A program made the position numbers and the translations under genes. This document shows, one piece after another, positions 41,017 to 54,246 of a stretch of 64,000 bases of DNA (its first letter is position 1; every line of letters starts with the position of its first letter). Under the pieces are notes generated by a model. The model made no database searches, was not told the DNA's origin, and was given only the letters and a program-made list of their open reading frames with translations. The stretch comes from Octopus sinensis (lineage: Eukaryota): NCBI RefSeq assembly GCF_006345805.1, contig NC_043007.1, positions 2,418,001 to 2,482,000 of the forward strand. The letters run 5' to 3'.

Positions 41017-41919
41017 AACAACAAACAAAATGAGGACAAATATCCGTCAAATGTAAATAATGTACATAATTCATCATCTCTTAAATATAGAACTGGAAAA
41101 CGAATTACTTTTCGGAATTTAGCATGCAAAAAACATAGAAACAGCCGAGAAAATCAAGACCTCAAAATACAACCAAGTGTAATCGGTGGTACTATTTTTC
41201 AATTGAAGCTGTTTATTTTTCGTAACACCTAACGAAATATATCTTTTTCTATAATAATTTTCTTGTTTCAACATGACACTTGATGTTGGAATCTATTATT
41301 CTTAAACATATTTATTTTTATTCTACTAAAAAAACAATTCTCTGATTCTGTTCCAATATGTTCTTTATGGAAGAGACTTTTTGTCAATATTTTTCTATTC
41401 GCCTCTGTATGTTCGTTTGTAAAATGATATTTTCTTTCGTGTCAAGATTTTTATCAAAATATTTTGTTATTTATACACTTTTGCACCTCTACTATTTTAG
41501 ACATAACTTCTAGGCAGAACCCTCACACCCGCAAAACAACGATCAATACATGGAAAAGATGAGAATAATCTTCAACTCAACATTCTAAAGTCATATATTT
41601 TACTAAATTATTTATTGATGATTGTGCACAAGCCGTTCACAATCGTTTTTCTGGTTTTCGAATAGATATTAATTTAAGGTTTAACTTCTTACGTTTTTAC
41701 ATTATTCGTTTGTAGGTATTTTAAACATAACTCAGTTATCATTCGTTATATCACTTGGTATTAGAAGAACAATATCACAACATATACACGAGATACAACA
41801 CCCGGTAAATTACACAAATCACAAATGCCACACATAATACATAAATGCTTAACACAAAAGTGAACACACCGTGTATCACAGCGTTATAGAAACTTTATAC
41901 AAAATAAGTTCCCTTCATT

Positions 41920-42912
41920 CCATATCGATCTCCAGAGATGATGCTCTGGCCTTCTGTAGAGGAGCCAACGGGCACACACTTGACAGGCTGATTAGCACCC
42001 TAAGCTCCATGGGACTCAAAATTACTATCGGCACCAACCTCACCACCGTGGTACACACCTGCGCAACGATAAGCCAAATGCGAGGCTATCCTTACATCAT
42101 CACAACCCCTACCACCCTCGATAGTTTTCAAAAAAATAGCGAAGGGAGTCAGCAAGAGGATCTCGAAGTTATCCCCAAGTCAAGAAATTTTCGACTCCGC
42201 AGTCCCCTATTACAATGAGGCGTTGGCGTCCAGTGAGTTTAAGGATGGGTCTCCTATATGCCATGCCTTAGCATTCACAAAGGTAAGGGCTGCCAGAACG
42301 CCGTTTGGTTTGCCCTACCCTTCTCACTCAAAGTAAAAACTTGTGTAGGAAGAATATTCGTCAGGTTAGAAGATAAACACCAGTAATGTGAACACAAACG
42401 ACACTCAAACCGGAAATATATCGGGTCAGCCGGAACTGCCTTCAAGTGGCGCCTTTACAACCACTAGTCCTCTTTCAGGATCCTGACAGACAATTCGAGT
42501 GACACCTCAAAGATGAAGAGACCCCATACATTATCAAGTGGGGGGGAGGGTTCATAGAGCAACCGGAATCCTATATAAACAAGAGCGGACGCTGTAAGCT
42601 TTGCATAACTGAGCGAGCAAGGATCCTTAAAGACTCTCTGGAACCAAGATTATCGAACCGTCATCAAAAACTTTACAACCACTGCATCGATCTCTCATGC
42701 TACCTGCTCAAGCATGGGAGTTCCCATTCATCGATCAGATTCCCCGTTCTCACTTTTTTATCCATATGGACTGGTCTAGAGGACAAAATCCGTCCTCGCC
42801 AAGCCGGATTGTAATTTTTCTTTGGTCATATACTACCTGACCGTAATGGATTCCTGTCACTTAGTTGAAAAATTATACGGCTTCGGCTTTAGACCAGACA
42901 TATACATAACGG
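41920..42912 (+). mobile_element. Penelope-like element remnant (Naiad-like group) with internal deletions
   Basis: RDDALA...LDR..GLKITI; FKKIAKGVSKRISKLSPSQEIFDSAVPYYNEALASS; WFALPFSLKVKTCVGRIF; KYIGSAGTAFKWRLYNH; IIKW; SGRCKLCITE. Ends at (TA)n. Confidence 0.75.
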
Positions 42913-42932
42913 CATATATATATATGTGTGTG

Positions 42933-42983
<51 letters not shown>

Positions 42984-43807
42984 GTATATATATATATGGA
43001 GAGAGAGAGAAAAGAGAGGCATATATATATATATGTGTGTGTGTGTATATGCATGTGTATATAGGTATATACATATGTGTATATATATATATATATATAT
43101 GGAGAGAGAGAGAGAAAAGAGAGGCATATATATATATATATATATATATATACAACAGTTCGTATCCAGCATATTCACCCACAACGCGTGGGTCAACGAG
43201 GTGATACAAAGAGAGGTACACTAGTTGCTGAGCTGAAGGAACGAACTCGATACAGTGTTGTTACAAACAAACCTAATTATACGTGCGTGTCTTACACTTT
43301 CTCACACGCACATACAGATAAACACCCAAATGTCTAATTGCGTATATTCGTATATTAACTTTAAACCGAATTTATTTTACCTTTAACACTAATCTCATAA
43401 TTATTTTCTCAGCTTCCCTTTCTTTTCGCATCTTCTTGATGGCTTCCTTGTCTTACATATTTCTGTTTCATTCATTTATTAATAACATTTCCTCCTGTGT
43501 GTTTCATTCTACCTGTTATTGTGTGAGCGTGTGAGTTTGTTTCTTTAGTCATTCAACTGTGCTGCTGCGATCTTTTTCCCAGGGAGACAAAATGAAACCT
43601 ATTCTTTTAGATTATTATGTCGTGTAAACACATTGATATCACATTAAACAAACAAATGGAGTATCCTGAAATTTTAATTAACCATTAATTAGGATGTACA
43701 ACAACAACACTAACTGAAACAAACAATCAATAGACGCATTCTGCTCTCTCCCCACACACATACACTCACACATTCACTTCACATGTTTGTGTGGGCGCCG
43801 ATAATTT

Positions 43808-43852
<45 letters not shown>

Positions 43853-43854
43853 TG

Positions 43855-44135
43855 CACGTGCATGGCTGTGTAGTTGGAAGCTTGCTTCTTAACAACGTGG
43901 TTCCAGGTTCAGTCCCACTGTGTGGAACTTTGGGCAAGTGTCTTCTGCTATAGCCTCCGACCGACCAAATTCTTGTGAGTGGATTTGGTAGACGGAAACT
44001 GAAAGGAGCGCGTCGTATATATGTATGTGTGTGTGTGTTTGTGTGTGTGAGTGTATGTGTGTGTCTGTGAGTGTTCCTGCTCCATCGTTTGAAAACCGGT
44101 GTTGGTGTGTTTACGTTCCAGTAACCTAGCGGTAT
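43855..44135 (+). mobile_element. SINE family B, 3'-truncated, diverged
   Basis: Head, tract and the start of the 3' module. Confidence 0.8.
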
Positions 44136-44184
44136 CATAAATTTACTTTTATACCGCTAAATCATCATGTTACCAAACAGTTTC

Positions 44185-44241
<57 letters not shown>

Positions 44242-46404
44242 GATATATACATATATATATATATACACACGCATATATATGCGTATATAGATATACAATA
44301 TATATGAACTAACAATGCCCTCAATATATTATCTATATATATATACAAACACACACACACATGAATATATATATATATATACACGCACAGACATGCACAC
44401 GCATACATATACATACAAATGTAACAAATCAATGTATAAATCTCGTCCTATCAATAGTTATCTCGTTCTCTATTCTTCACGGTGCAGCAGTAGATTACAA
44501 ATAATAAATAATAAGTTCTTAAAAATTTCTGCGTTCACATAAAATACTTTGAGAAATAAACCCATCAATAATCCCACGGCTGGTTATATAGTTGCAGCTA
44601 AAAGTCTTTTAGTCAATATTTCTCTATTTTCTCATCACCGTTGTATTTTTTTTCCTTTTGTGATGATAGCAGGACTGATGGTGAATAGAAAAAGTTTGAG
44701 TTTTATTGTTTAGAATAGGAAAACGACAAGTCTTAGGATAAACCAATTCTGGCTTTCCCCAAGTCATATTTGATACCGTCTCTAAGCCTTTATCACAATC
44801 TGAAAGATATAATATATATTGGTTTATTGATAGATATGTTCTGTAGTACGACTATGGAGACATGATGTGTTCTGAACGAAGACGGACGTCGGGTTCCTAT
44901 TGTATATTTTTGTGTGAAGAATACTGATCTCACAATAGGAATGAAAATAGATTTCAATACTCTTGTCTGTAAATTACGATTATCATTTAGACGATGGCGA
45001 AAAGAAAGGATATACAAATGCGAAAGCTGTTCTCAGTAACATTCTGATATCAATATATGCGATATATGGTGCAGTATCATGCACAAAACTGCTTATTCGC
45101 TGGGAGGAAACACTCGATCTGATCAAACTCAGTCCTTCACTGGTACATAATTGTATCGACCGAAGCAGAATGGAAGGCAAAATTGACCTCTTTGGAATTT
45201 AAACTGACATTGTGTAATATGGTAAAAAGCAGTAAATAGAGGTTCTATCTCAGTTACGTTGCTCTCAGTAATAGCATTGTAATTTTGTGTGAAATATACT
45301 CATTTGTACAAACAACAATCATTTTGAAAGATGTAAGTAGTAATATATTTGGTTTATTACACGACAAAACAATTTTACCAGAAGTATTATTAGTTTTCAT
45401 ATAAAAGAATAGTAGAATAAATTTCTTTTGATATTATAAGAATAACGCATAAAGAGTATAATTTTATGCCAAAAATTAATATAAAGATGAAATGAACACA
45501 TCAATACAAAAGAACAAGCAAAGCCAATATATTTATATATTCAATCATAATTAAATATTGGTAATGATGATGCTTGAGAGAAATATACATATTAATCTAT
45601 TTCATAATAGACAGTCCATATTATAATAAGAACTGTACTTCTCTCTCCGTCTCTGCACCCGCCCGCCCGTCCGTCTCCTATCATTTCGCCCCTCACATAG
45701 TATTCCCAGATCAAGAAAATTACCAAATATTTATAAGAATGAAAAAATAAAACACATAAATAAATGTATTCATCGAGTTCACTTACGCAACACAAGGAAA
45801 AGTATGGTTCCTATTTTTTTTCTATCAAAGTTAATATTTTCTTTGCACGCAACCAGACGAGAAATAGCCAAAGATATTTCACTTTGAAAGAGAAGCATAG
45901 ACATATAATGAAAGGAAGAAGATAAATACGGGGACACAGGAAGAAGATAGAGACGGCGACACAGGCAGAACAAAGAGAGAAGTAATAAAAATAGTTTCAA
46001 CATTTCTAAAACTTAGTGAAACACAGCCGTAAACCTATTTTGATTTATTGAACGCTGTCTTTTTTTTCTACCACTTGCAACTGCTTGTTTTGAAGATGGA
46101 TAAACTATTTTACACAAATATTCAATCAGAAAAACAGTTGATTTTGGTGTTTATAATGGAAATGTTTCATTATTTCTTTGTTATTTTTTTCTTATGTGTA
46201 ATAAAAAAAAAAATGCATAGAAATACTCTGAAATGTGAATAAAAAGAAATGATTCACTGAAACATATTATTTACCTCATTTTTTATGTAAAGGGAGGCTT
46301 CAGTTAAGATATTTGGTTGAAATATTATCTTAATATTGAGGTTAAAATTATTATCAATATATACACTTGGACATTTATTGTGTGTCACAAATATAAATAA
46401 TGTT

Positions 46405-46572
46405 CTGTTCTACTCTAGCCACAAGGCCCCCGAAATTTTGGGGGAGGTGCCAGTCAGTCGATTAGATCGACCCCAGTACGCAACTGGTGCTTAATTCCTC
46501 GACTTCGAAAGGACGAAAGGCAAAGTCGCCCTCGGCGGAATTCGAACTCACAACGTAAAGATAGAGGAAATA
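46405..46572 (-). mobile_element. SINE A (tail type B), 5'-truncated at the dimer-junction position
   Basis: In its own orientation it begins ctatttcctct (equivalent to gtatttcgtct) and ends ccttgtggctagagtagaa. Confidence 0.8.
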
Positions 46573-47863
46573 GGTGTCCTACATATCAGCAAAGCGGAAA
46601 TCCTAATGAAGAAAAGGAAACGTAACTGCGATCGTTGTAATCTAAATAAGTGCAAATGACTTATTAATTTTTTTCTGAGAAATAATTTCAGCAATTTCTT
46701 GAATTAAACAGCATTTAATATAACATCTATTTCTGGAAATGAAAACAGAATTAAAGTCATGTTAACTTGCTTAAGGAATATTTGTATGTTATCCTGATAT
46801 ATTTGATATTAATGGTAGCATTCTATATGTTCAAATAATTTGCATTTGAAATTTTACCATCTGTGACCTCCGTTAATTAGCATGTATTGTATCAGTAACA
46901 AATGAAACGTTAGATATTAAATGTTAGCTCATACGTAGCAATTACATACTTGAAGCGATTTGTACTGTGTGGAGTATAATATTATGCATTTTATTATTGA
47001 ATCTGTTGTTATTTGCACTGAGAGTATGTAGGGAAGATAACTACACACTGGGACACGGCATTTCTGGCAGCGCATGAGATTTTAAAAATTAGTAGAGGGA
47101 ATTTATAAAGTGTAAATAATTACAGGACATTAGAAAATAGTAGAAACTATATAACAAATCATCAATTTAAAATTAATTTAATCAGTATGAACGTAAAAAT
47201 ACGACAATCAATAACAAAGTTCGTGCAATGATCAGCAACATGAATTGTGAAATTACATATATTGTAATCATTATATTTATGAGATGTTAGCAACAATTTT
47301 TTTCCTAGAGCCGTGCTCATAATACTAATTTATGAAGTTAATACCATATTATAATTAAGAAATATTTTATATAATTGCGAATTCGAGACAATAAATTTAT
47401 CTTCTTTATTAATCAATAAATAAAAATCAACGTTCGTTATATTTGACATTAAAAGTTTCTTTTTTTTTTTGTCTTTTTGTTTGTGCATTACTACCTTTCA
47501 AACATTAGTGGCAAAACTATCGTGATAGACATTATAACCGTAAATCATTCGCCATCTGACGTTAATAATCTTCCCGAAGAAGAGACCTGCAGATGAATTT
47601 CCCAGACATTTTTCTCGTTTGTTTCTGTATAATTTATCATATCAAATACGTTTTTATTTCCTTTTGGTAAATCAATGTGACAAACATAGATTTTGCTACC
47701 ACATTTAACTAGAGCTACGTTGGTGGTGATAAGCTTCTTACGCCTGGTGTCTCGGCTTCTGGAGTGGTTAAAATTAAGAGTGATGAGCTAAGAGTCTAAC
47801 AAGATATATTGGGACGTTCAATAAAATAATTTTATAAGAAGTAAAATATATGTAAAATATATA

Positions 47864-48269
47864 GGCGCAGGAGTGGCTGTGTGGTAAGTAGCTTGTTTAC
47901 TAACCACATGGTTCCGGGTTCAGTCCCACTGCGTGGCATCTTGGGCAAGTCTCTTCTGCTATAGCCTCGGGCCGACCAATGCCTTGTGAGTGGATTTGGT
48001 AGAAGAAGCCTGTCGTATATATGTATATATATGTGTATGTATGTATGTGTGTGTGTGTTTGTGTGTCTGTGTTTGTCCCCCCCACCATCGCTTGACAACT
48101 AATGCTGGTGTGTTTACGTCCCCGTCACTTAGCGGTTCGGCAAAAAGAGACCGATAGAATAAGTACTAGGCTTACAAAGAATAAGTCCCGGGGTCGATTT
48201 GCTCGACTAAAGGCGGTGCTCCAGCATGGCCGCAGTCAAATGACTGAAACAAGTAAAATAGTAAAGAGT
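47864..48269 (+). mobile_element. SINE family B, full length
   Basis: Close match to 6088-6514. Confidence 0.92.
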
Positions 48270-48555
48270 CTTTAACAAAAACTTTCTCATTCAGGCAGAG
48301 GCCCAACAGTTCGTGATGAGTAGATTGGTCGATTACATCGATCCACTTTCTGACTTAGAAATTATTTCAGCGACCCTGGAGGTAAACAGAATAGTTGAAT
48401 TCGTGAAGATTTGATTTCAGAACATTTGGTTCCAGAGTAAATACCACAAGGCAGTGTACCTTATATTAAATTGGTTATGAAAAAAGCGAATATTTATCGG
48501 CCACCAACTACCATAGCTTATTTAAATACTAAACACTTATATGTATTCATTTACT

Positions 48556-48561
48556 TTTATT
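48556..48561 (-). promoter_or_regulatory. Candidate polyadenylation signal AATAAA
   Basis: About 180 nt downstream of the candidate stop at 48741. AATAAA is common in AT-rich DNA. Confidence 0.2.
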
Positions 48562-48740
48562 TTGGAGGAATTCCAGTTAATCAAGAATATGGCAAGTCTT
48601 CTAGATACAGTCAGTTATTGGCAAAAACATGGCTTCGTAATTAAGCAGTTTGTTTCGTTTTAACCTGATTCAATGTGCGGCCTCACTGCTCCTCAGCAAG
48701 TGTTGTCGGAAACTTAAAACTTATTGAAATGAAGTCGGCG

Positions 48741-48901
48741 TTAAGCACAGAAAAGCCTTTTTTTTTCTAGCAGATGAGCCTCGACGCTGTGCCGCTCCCG
48801 TGGACTGCGTTGTGTTGCAAAATTTTGAATAAACCCTGACAACTTTTCACTGATCTCTTGCAATGCTTCCATGACTGATGTTCTATCTCTTTTGATTTCA
48901 C
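48741..48901 (-). CDS. Candidate terminal coding exon of an unidentified host gene
   Basis: Acceptor tgattgCTAATtttcAG| (branch point plus pyrimidines). The phase-1 frame reads (G)EIKRDRTSVMEALQEISEKLSGFIQNFATQRSPRERHSVEAHLLEKKRLFCA*. The region is not repeat-like. Confidence 0.45.
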
Positions 48902-49098
48902 CTGAAAATTAGCAATCAAAACAATCAAGACATTGTCACTATCGTTGCAGAGGCTGGCACAGTTATATATGCACATGGATTCTGGACTTCATAGAAGGGG
49001 AAACATCCTTTCTGGTTTTATATATTTAGTCAAAAGTGCGCTTATGAAAATTACAGTTACAATATGCCAGAAAGGAAATAACACTACAGTTAATTTTT

Positions 49099-49141
<43 letters not shown>

Positions 49142-49142
<1 letters not shown>

Positions 49143-49364
49143 ATTTATTGCCCACAAGGGGCTAAACATATAGGGGACAAAGAAGGACAGACAAAGGGTT
49201 TAAATCGATTACATCGACCCCAGTGCATAACTGGTACTTAACATATCGACCCCGATAGGATATAAGGCAAAGTGGACCTCGGCAGAATTTGAACTCAGAA
49301 CGTAACGGCAGACGAAATACCGCTAAGCATTTCGTCCGACGTTCTAACGTTTCTGCCAACTCGC

Positions 49365-49365
<1 letters not shown>
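49142..49365 (-). mobile_element. SINE family A monomer inserted in a (CTA)n microsatellite
   Basis: (CTA)n at 49100-49140 and 49365-49400. Confidence 0.9.
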
Positions 49366-49401
<36 letters not shown>

Positions 49402-50639
49402 AAGTATTGGAGACCATAGGATCGCATACCATTATCTGAATGTCTGTGACTTCGCTTAGGAAAGAATTATTATTTCCCGTTGCTTGTTGTACGGTCAAAC
49501 ACGGCATTCACTGTCAGTCTCTTTCCCTCACATCCTTACAGGCGCGGGGGAAAGATTTATGTAACCCTTAGTTAGGGTTACTGTTTCAGATCACATCAAG
49601 GCTTCGCCAGGCACTGGTGGGGATGTCCAAAACATTTGTCGTGGCCGGCCCTTCTCCGAGTCCTGTGTGTCATAGCCAAAAGTCCATCTTCTGCAATTTG
49701 GTATCATATCCGAAGCTCTTTATAAATAGTCATCCACTCCTATCCAGAGGGTACCAAGAGCAGGGAAAACTATAGAGATAATTCATACTTTTCAAAACAA
49801 CCTGAACTCTCAAGCCGGAGCCTCACCTTAAGATGTGGTTAGGAAGAAAAAAAAACCAAAAGAAATTAAATGAAATGCGATATTAGAAATGTACAAATTT
49901 CCGTATAAAATTCCATATTAAAAATAAATATTATGTTTGTCATTGGAGGAGGCAGAATGCAATTACATAGAAACTAAATGTTTTCCGTATAGAAAATTAA
50001 TACTTTCCCCACACAAGTAGTTCTTTGTTTGGTAAATGGTTCTCTGTGCATTGTTTGTAGATGAAAGGAATTCTATCACTCGAATGTATTCCTTTTAATT
50101 CCAAAATTACATTTGATTTCAGAGTGAACCAGTCGAAACATCACTAAACGAAAATATCGTTCAATACTTTAGAACTGTGTTTATTTGTAGCAGAACTAAC
50201 CCAGGGCTGGCATTTAGCGTTTCTCATGCGGGACAAGCTCAACCAATCAAATATACATAGATGTCTTTAGAAGTTTGGAATCTACTTGATTGCAAGTTAA
50301 AACCTCCCATTGAAACTAACAATTAGTGAAGTCAAAAATACTGTGATCATTACACACTTGCTCAGCAAACACGTATTGTGTATGAAGCCCCCTACCGTCA
50401 GTCTGATGGAACTTTTGACAAAGTGACAGAACAAACTGAATCTAACAATTATAATTATGTTTATCGATACATTCTTCAACAACTAAGAAATGTGTCAAAA
50501 TTGTAACACCTTTCATGTACACATACACACACAAAACAAACATTGGCATACATATATATGTAATTATACATGTATACACACAAGCACACACGCACACACG
50601 CACACCATCAGTCGCGCACTTTTATTTGACTCTCAGTCT

Positions 50640-50708
<69 letters not shown>

Positions 50709-51039
50709 TGTGAAGAATATACGGATGAAATATTCATGCTTGTATCTACACATGCTAAGTATGTATTTAATATAACGAATGCAAATATGCATAACATGTT
50801 TCAAAGAGCAACGTGGATAGCGTTAATATACCTACAGCTGCATGCATGCTTACTCCTTTTGTCGCTGATGTTCGAATCCACTAAATACCATGCCTCGATT
50901 CATTTCTAAATCCATTCACAACTGTAAACGCTAATTATCAAGACAAGCATTATCATGGATATTGTGTTGATGCTGGCTTTATTTACAGGCTTTCTCCATT
51001 GTGTATGAACGAAGGGGAAACTTTGTCACACATGTAAAA

Positions 51040-52110
51040 GGTGTATTCATTTATAAATATCAATGTCAGCGAGGTTTGTTGAAGGTTAACTACTCATATG
51101 CATGATTAATTCTCTGTAATATTAAGAGCCTGCCTTTGCGAAACTATTTGTCTTTGTTGAGGTTATATGTTCACCAGGGGAGGCACTGAACATCTTAAAA
51201 GATATAACGTTTGTAGCCACGTTGAGAGTTACAGTTGCATAAAGATTTTGGGTTCAGGTAGTGCAATGATGCTGTCGGCTTTCATGGAGTAGGCGTCAAT
51301 TTGCGTATGGGGCCTGGTTATGGAGAACATTGGAGAAATGTAGGGTACTATTTTCTATTATAGGATTGGGCGCTGTTTGGGATGATGGTATATATATCAT
51401 TGATGTATTGGAGACGAATTGTTGGAGTAAACCCGTGCTGTGATACACACCAAAGATACCATAGTGTGAGTCAGAGAAAGCTCCATCAAAACACGTTAAG
51501 AAGATTAGTCTGGTGAGAAGCCGCCGGTTCCGTGGACAATAGTGAGATAGAGAGTTTCGTGAGAATTGGGCATCATATACAGGAGAAGGTTTGCATCAGT
51601 TTGCAAGTGAAATGAAGAGAATCATATTGGAGTGAGCAAGCAGTTCAATTATCTTTAAAAAATACTTGGATAGTTAGGAAAGATAGATTTTATAGGGAAT
51701 TAGATACAGTTCTTTTCCAGTTATATCTATATTAAAAACAAGATTCATTGATGGAGATAATTTTTTCATACACTCTTTGTATGTCTTATGTTGAGGGAGT
51801 TGGAGGTTGGGATGAATTTTGTCTTAATACCAGAATCTGCCAAAACTTTATCATAATTATAAAAGATACGGCCCAGATCTTCTTCATCAAAATAGATATT
51901 GCTAATCCACTTGATAACATTTTTGACTAAGTTTTCCAGGATTCAAGATGGTTGATTAGTTTAAACCTTATAAAGGAATTAATTCGATCTTTTAATGGTA
52001 AAGAGAGTATTTACATATATTCAAATGTAAATCCTGTTCAGGAATTGGACAATTTATCATTAATATTGCCTGTAACTTTAGACAAATTAATGCATTTCTG
52101 ACTTTCGTAA
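51040..52110 (-). mobile_element. Second, older Naiad-like PLE remnant
   Basis: TNQPS.ILENLVKNVIKWISNI..EE....YNYDKVLADSG resembles SNHPP.I.KN....IS.RIS.....PYY..AL..SG; KYFLKII; LYATVT. Confidence 0.5.
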
Positions 52111-52604
52111 GGCATATATTAAGACTTTAACGGATATATCTTACATATTGTCATCACAGAGACGCGATAAAATCAGACTACTGGTTTTTGTGTAATGGTA
52201 AATCCACCTTTACCTCCCAGAAGAAAATGCGTCTTGGCATATTATTGATTTATAGAACTAAAGTATTTCTAGCAGATGACACTAACAACTTATTCAAACA
52301 TCGAAATATAAAATCGAGTTCCTGGCTTAGGACGAATGTTGTTGTAACTTAGCCCCAGGAGACATCGTCTCCAGCTGGCTATACGACATGATCTGTGTCC
52401 TTATATTTTCAAGCAAGGGACTGCCATGTTATGTTGGCAAACAATCTTTACTACAAAGTACTGCCGCTGTATATCTCGTTGTGAGACTTAAAAATAGTAA
52501 TTTTCTAATCGGATAAAATGTATTGTATTATATGTTCCGGCTCTTTACCTTTGGAGTTCAAGTCCCACCGAAGAAGAATTTTATTTTATTTTTATCTCCC
52601 GGGT

Positions 52605-52802
52605 GGGAGATGAGCTGAATCCTGGAAGTACTGCTATACCAGGCCAACCCGTGGCAAAGGCGGAGCAAGCCCCCAACTATTTGCTTCGTTCTAAAAATCA
52701 GTTTAATATCGATGGTCCCAAATACGGACCGTGTCAGATATTAAGCTGATAAGAACAGATAAGAACTACACTTTGACCTTAGCTAAAAGGCTGAGAAGCG
52801 AT
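52605..52802 (-). pseudogene. U2: Full-length U2 snRNA pseudogene
   Basis: ATCGCTTCTCAGCCTTTTAGCTAAGGTCAAAGTGTAGTTCTTATCTGTTCTTATCAGCTTAATATCTGACACG ... GATTTTTAG (Sm site altered) ... GGGGCTTGCTCC ... CCTGGTATAGCAGTACTTCCAGG. The branch-site recognition GUAGUA is disrupted by a short duplication. Confidence 0.93.
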
Positions 52803-52811
52803 AAACAATAA

Positions 52812-52910
52812 TATTTTCTACTCTAGGTACAAGGCCCGGAATTTTGGGGGAGGGGCCAATCGATGAGATCGACCCCAGTACGCAACTGGTACTTAATTTA
52901 TCGACCCCAA
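52812..52910 (-). mobile_element. SINE A 3' fragment, tail type B, abutting the U2 5' end
   Basis: ggggtcgataaattaagtacc ... ccttgtacctagagtagaaaat. Confidence 0.85.
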
Positions 52911-53181
52911 AGAAGAATAATTTGATTGGCGTCCCTCTGAGGTCAATAAAATAATCTACTAATCAAATAGTCAAATACTAGGATCAATATAACCATCTCA
53001 TCTGATAATAAACATAAACACAGGCACAGATACATACACACACGTGTGTGTATGCTTATATATGTGTTTGTGTGTGTGAGTCACAAGCTTTTGCTGAGTT
53101 TCTATTCTACTAGATTCTGTATAAAATAGGTCGAAGCAAGAATTGATTTACCGAGTCATTGGTGCTACTCTTCTCTTGAAA

Positions 53182-53799
53182 AGGGTAGAAATTGATATTA
53201 ATCAATCAAAACCAGTGGCCTACCATATTTAAAAAAATCCAAACATTAAAATTTTTTTTACATACAAAATTTAGAGGACTGATCACTAAAAGTGGACAGC
53301 CTGTATGCTAGATATAGACGTCAAGTCGCCATTTTCCACGAAGAATATGTTCTCAAGAAAAAACTCAGCAAAAAACCAAAGTGTAAAAATAAGCAAGACA
53401 AATGAAAATATACAAAGTACTAATTATGTACTAATTAGTTTCACTTGTTAATACTTACGTATTTGAACACGTAAACATCTGCAAGATCATCAGCATAGTC
53501 TGTCGCTTACAAAACACAATTTCCAGAACTAGATACAGAACGCTCAACCGAAATCCAGTATATATAAAGTTCTACAAATTATATTTATGTATATATTTCA
53601 AATGTCTTCACTTTGGTGCGCTGAGATCGGAAATTACTTCGTGGAAAATGGCGACTTGACGTCTATATCTAGCATACAGGCTGTCCACTTTTAGTGATCA
53701 GTCCTCTAAATTTTGTATGTAAAAAAATTTTTAGTCTTCGGATTTTTTAAAAATATGCTAGGCCACTGGTTTTAATTGATTAATATCAATTTCTACCCT
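53182..53799. mobile_element. MITE copy 1 (618 bp, ~160-bp TIRs)
   Basis: AGGGTAGAAATTGATATTAATC...CCACGAAG at the left end and its reverse complement at the right end. Superfamily unassigned. Confidence 0.9.
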
Positions 53800-54246
53800 A
53801 TTATTTTAGCATTCACTCCCTGACAACAGGTTTTTTTGTCAAGCAACTAAGTGCACTGACGGTAATCATAGCGGCTGAGATCAGCAATTACCGAGCGACA
53901 ATGGTTCGTTGTATATTTGCACCAACCGCTTTAACCAGTTTATGGAGGTGATTCGTTCGGTTGCCTACATGCAGCAACGGTAATCGCGCTTACTGGGTTC
54001 AACACTCAGTGTTAGATAACGTTCGGCGTTTATTTACGTCAACCGATTTAGTGCAAGTACTGTCTACTTACCTAAACAATATCCCTGTGCAGGGTGCTCA
54101 TGAAGGAAAGATAATTTGGAGGGAGAGGGTGAGGAAATATTTTCGGTCAAGAGGAGAAGGAAAGTGTGTATAAATTACTCTGCAGTTAATAAACTACACC
54201 AGTCAATTTACCGGTTGGAGAAAATTTTTTTATTTAAAATTAAATA

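Noticed and set aside
42765-42812. Possible SECIS element after the Naiad-like ORF (GAGGAC-aaaatcc-GTCCTC hairpin)
   Set aside because: The 5' core reads AUGG rather than AUGA, the spacing to the AA motif is 14 nt, and the lower helix does not pair.
44793-45017. GPCR TM6-TM7-like ORF (…NISINKPIYII)
   Set aside because: There is an in-frame stop just upstream and no good splice sites. The hydrophobicity is explained by AT-rich composition.
52510-52910. Inversion of SINE-3'-half plus U2 relative to a SINE 5' half on the left
   Set aside because: The breakpoints coincide near ggggtcga, but the left piece is far more diverged than the right, so they are probably independent insertions.
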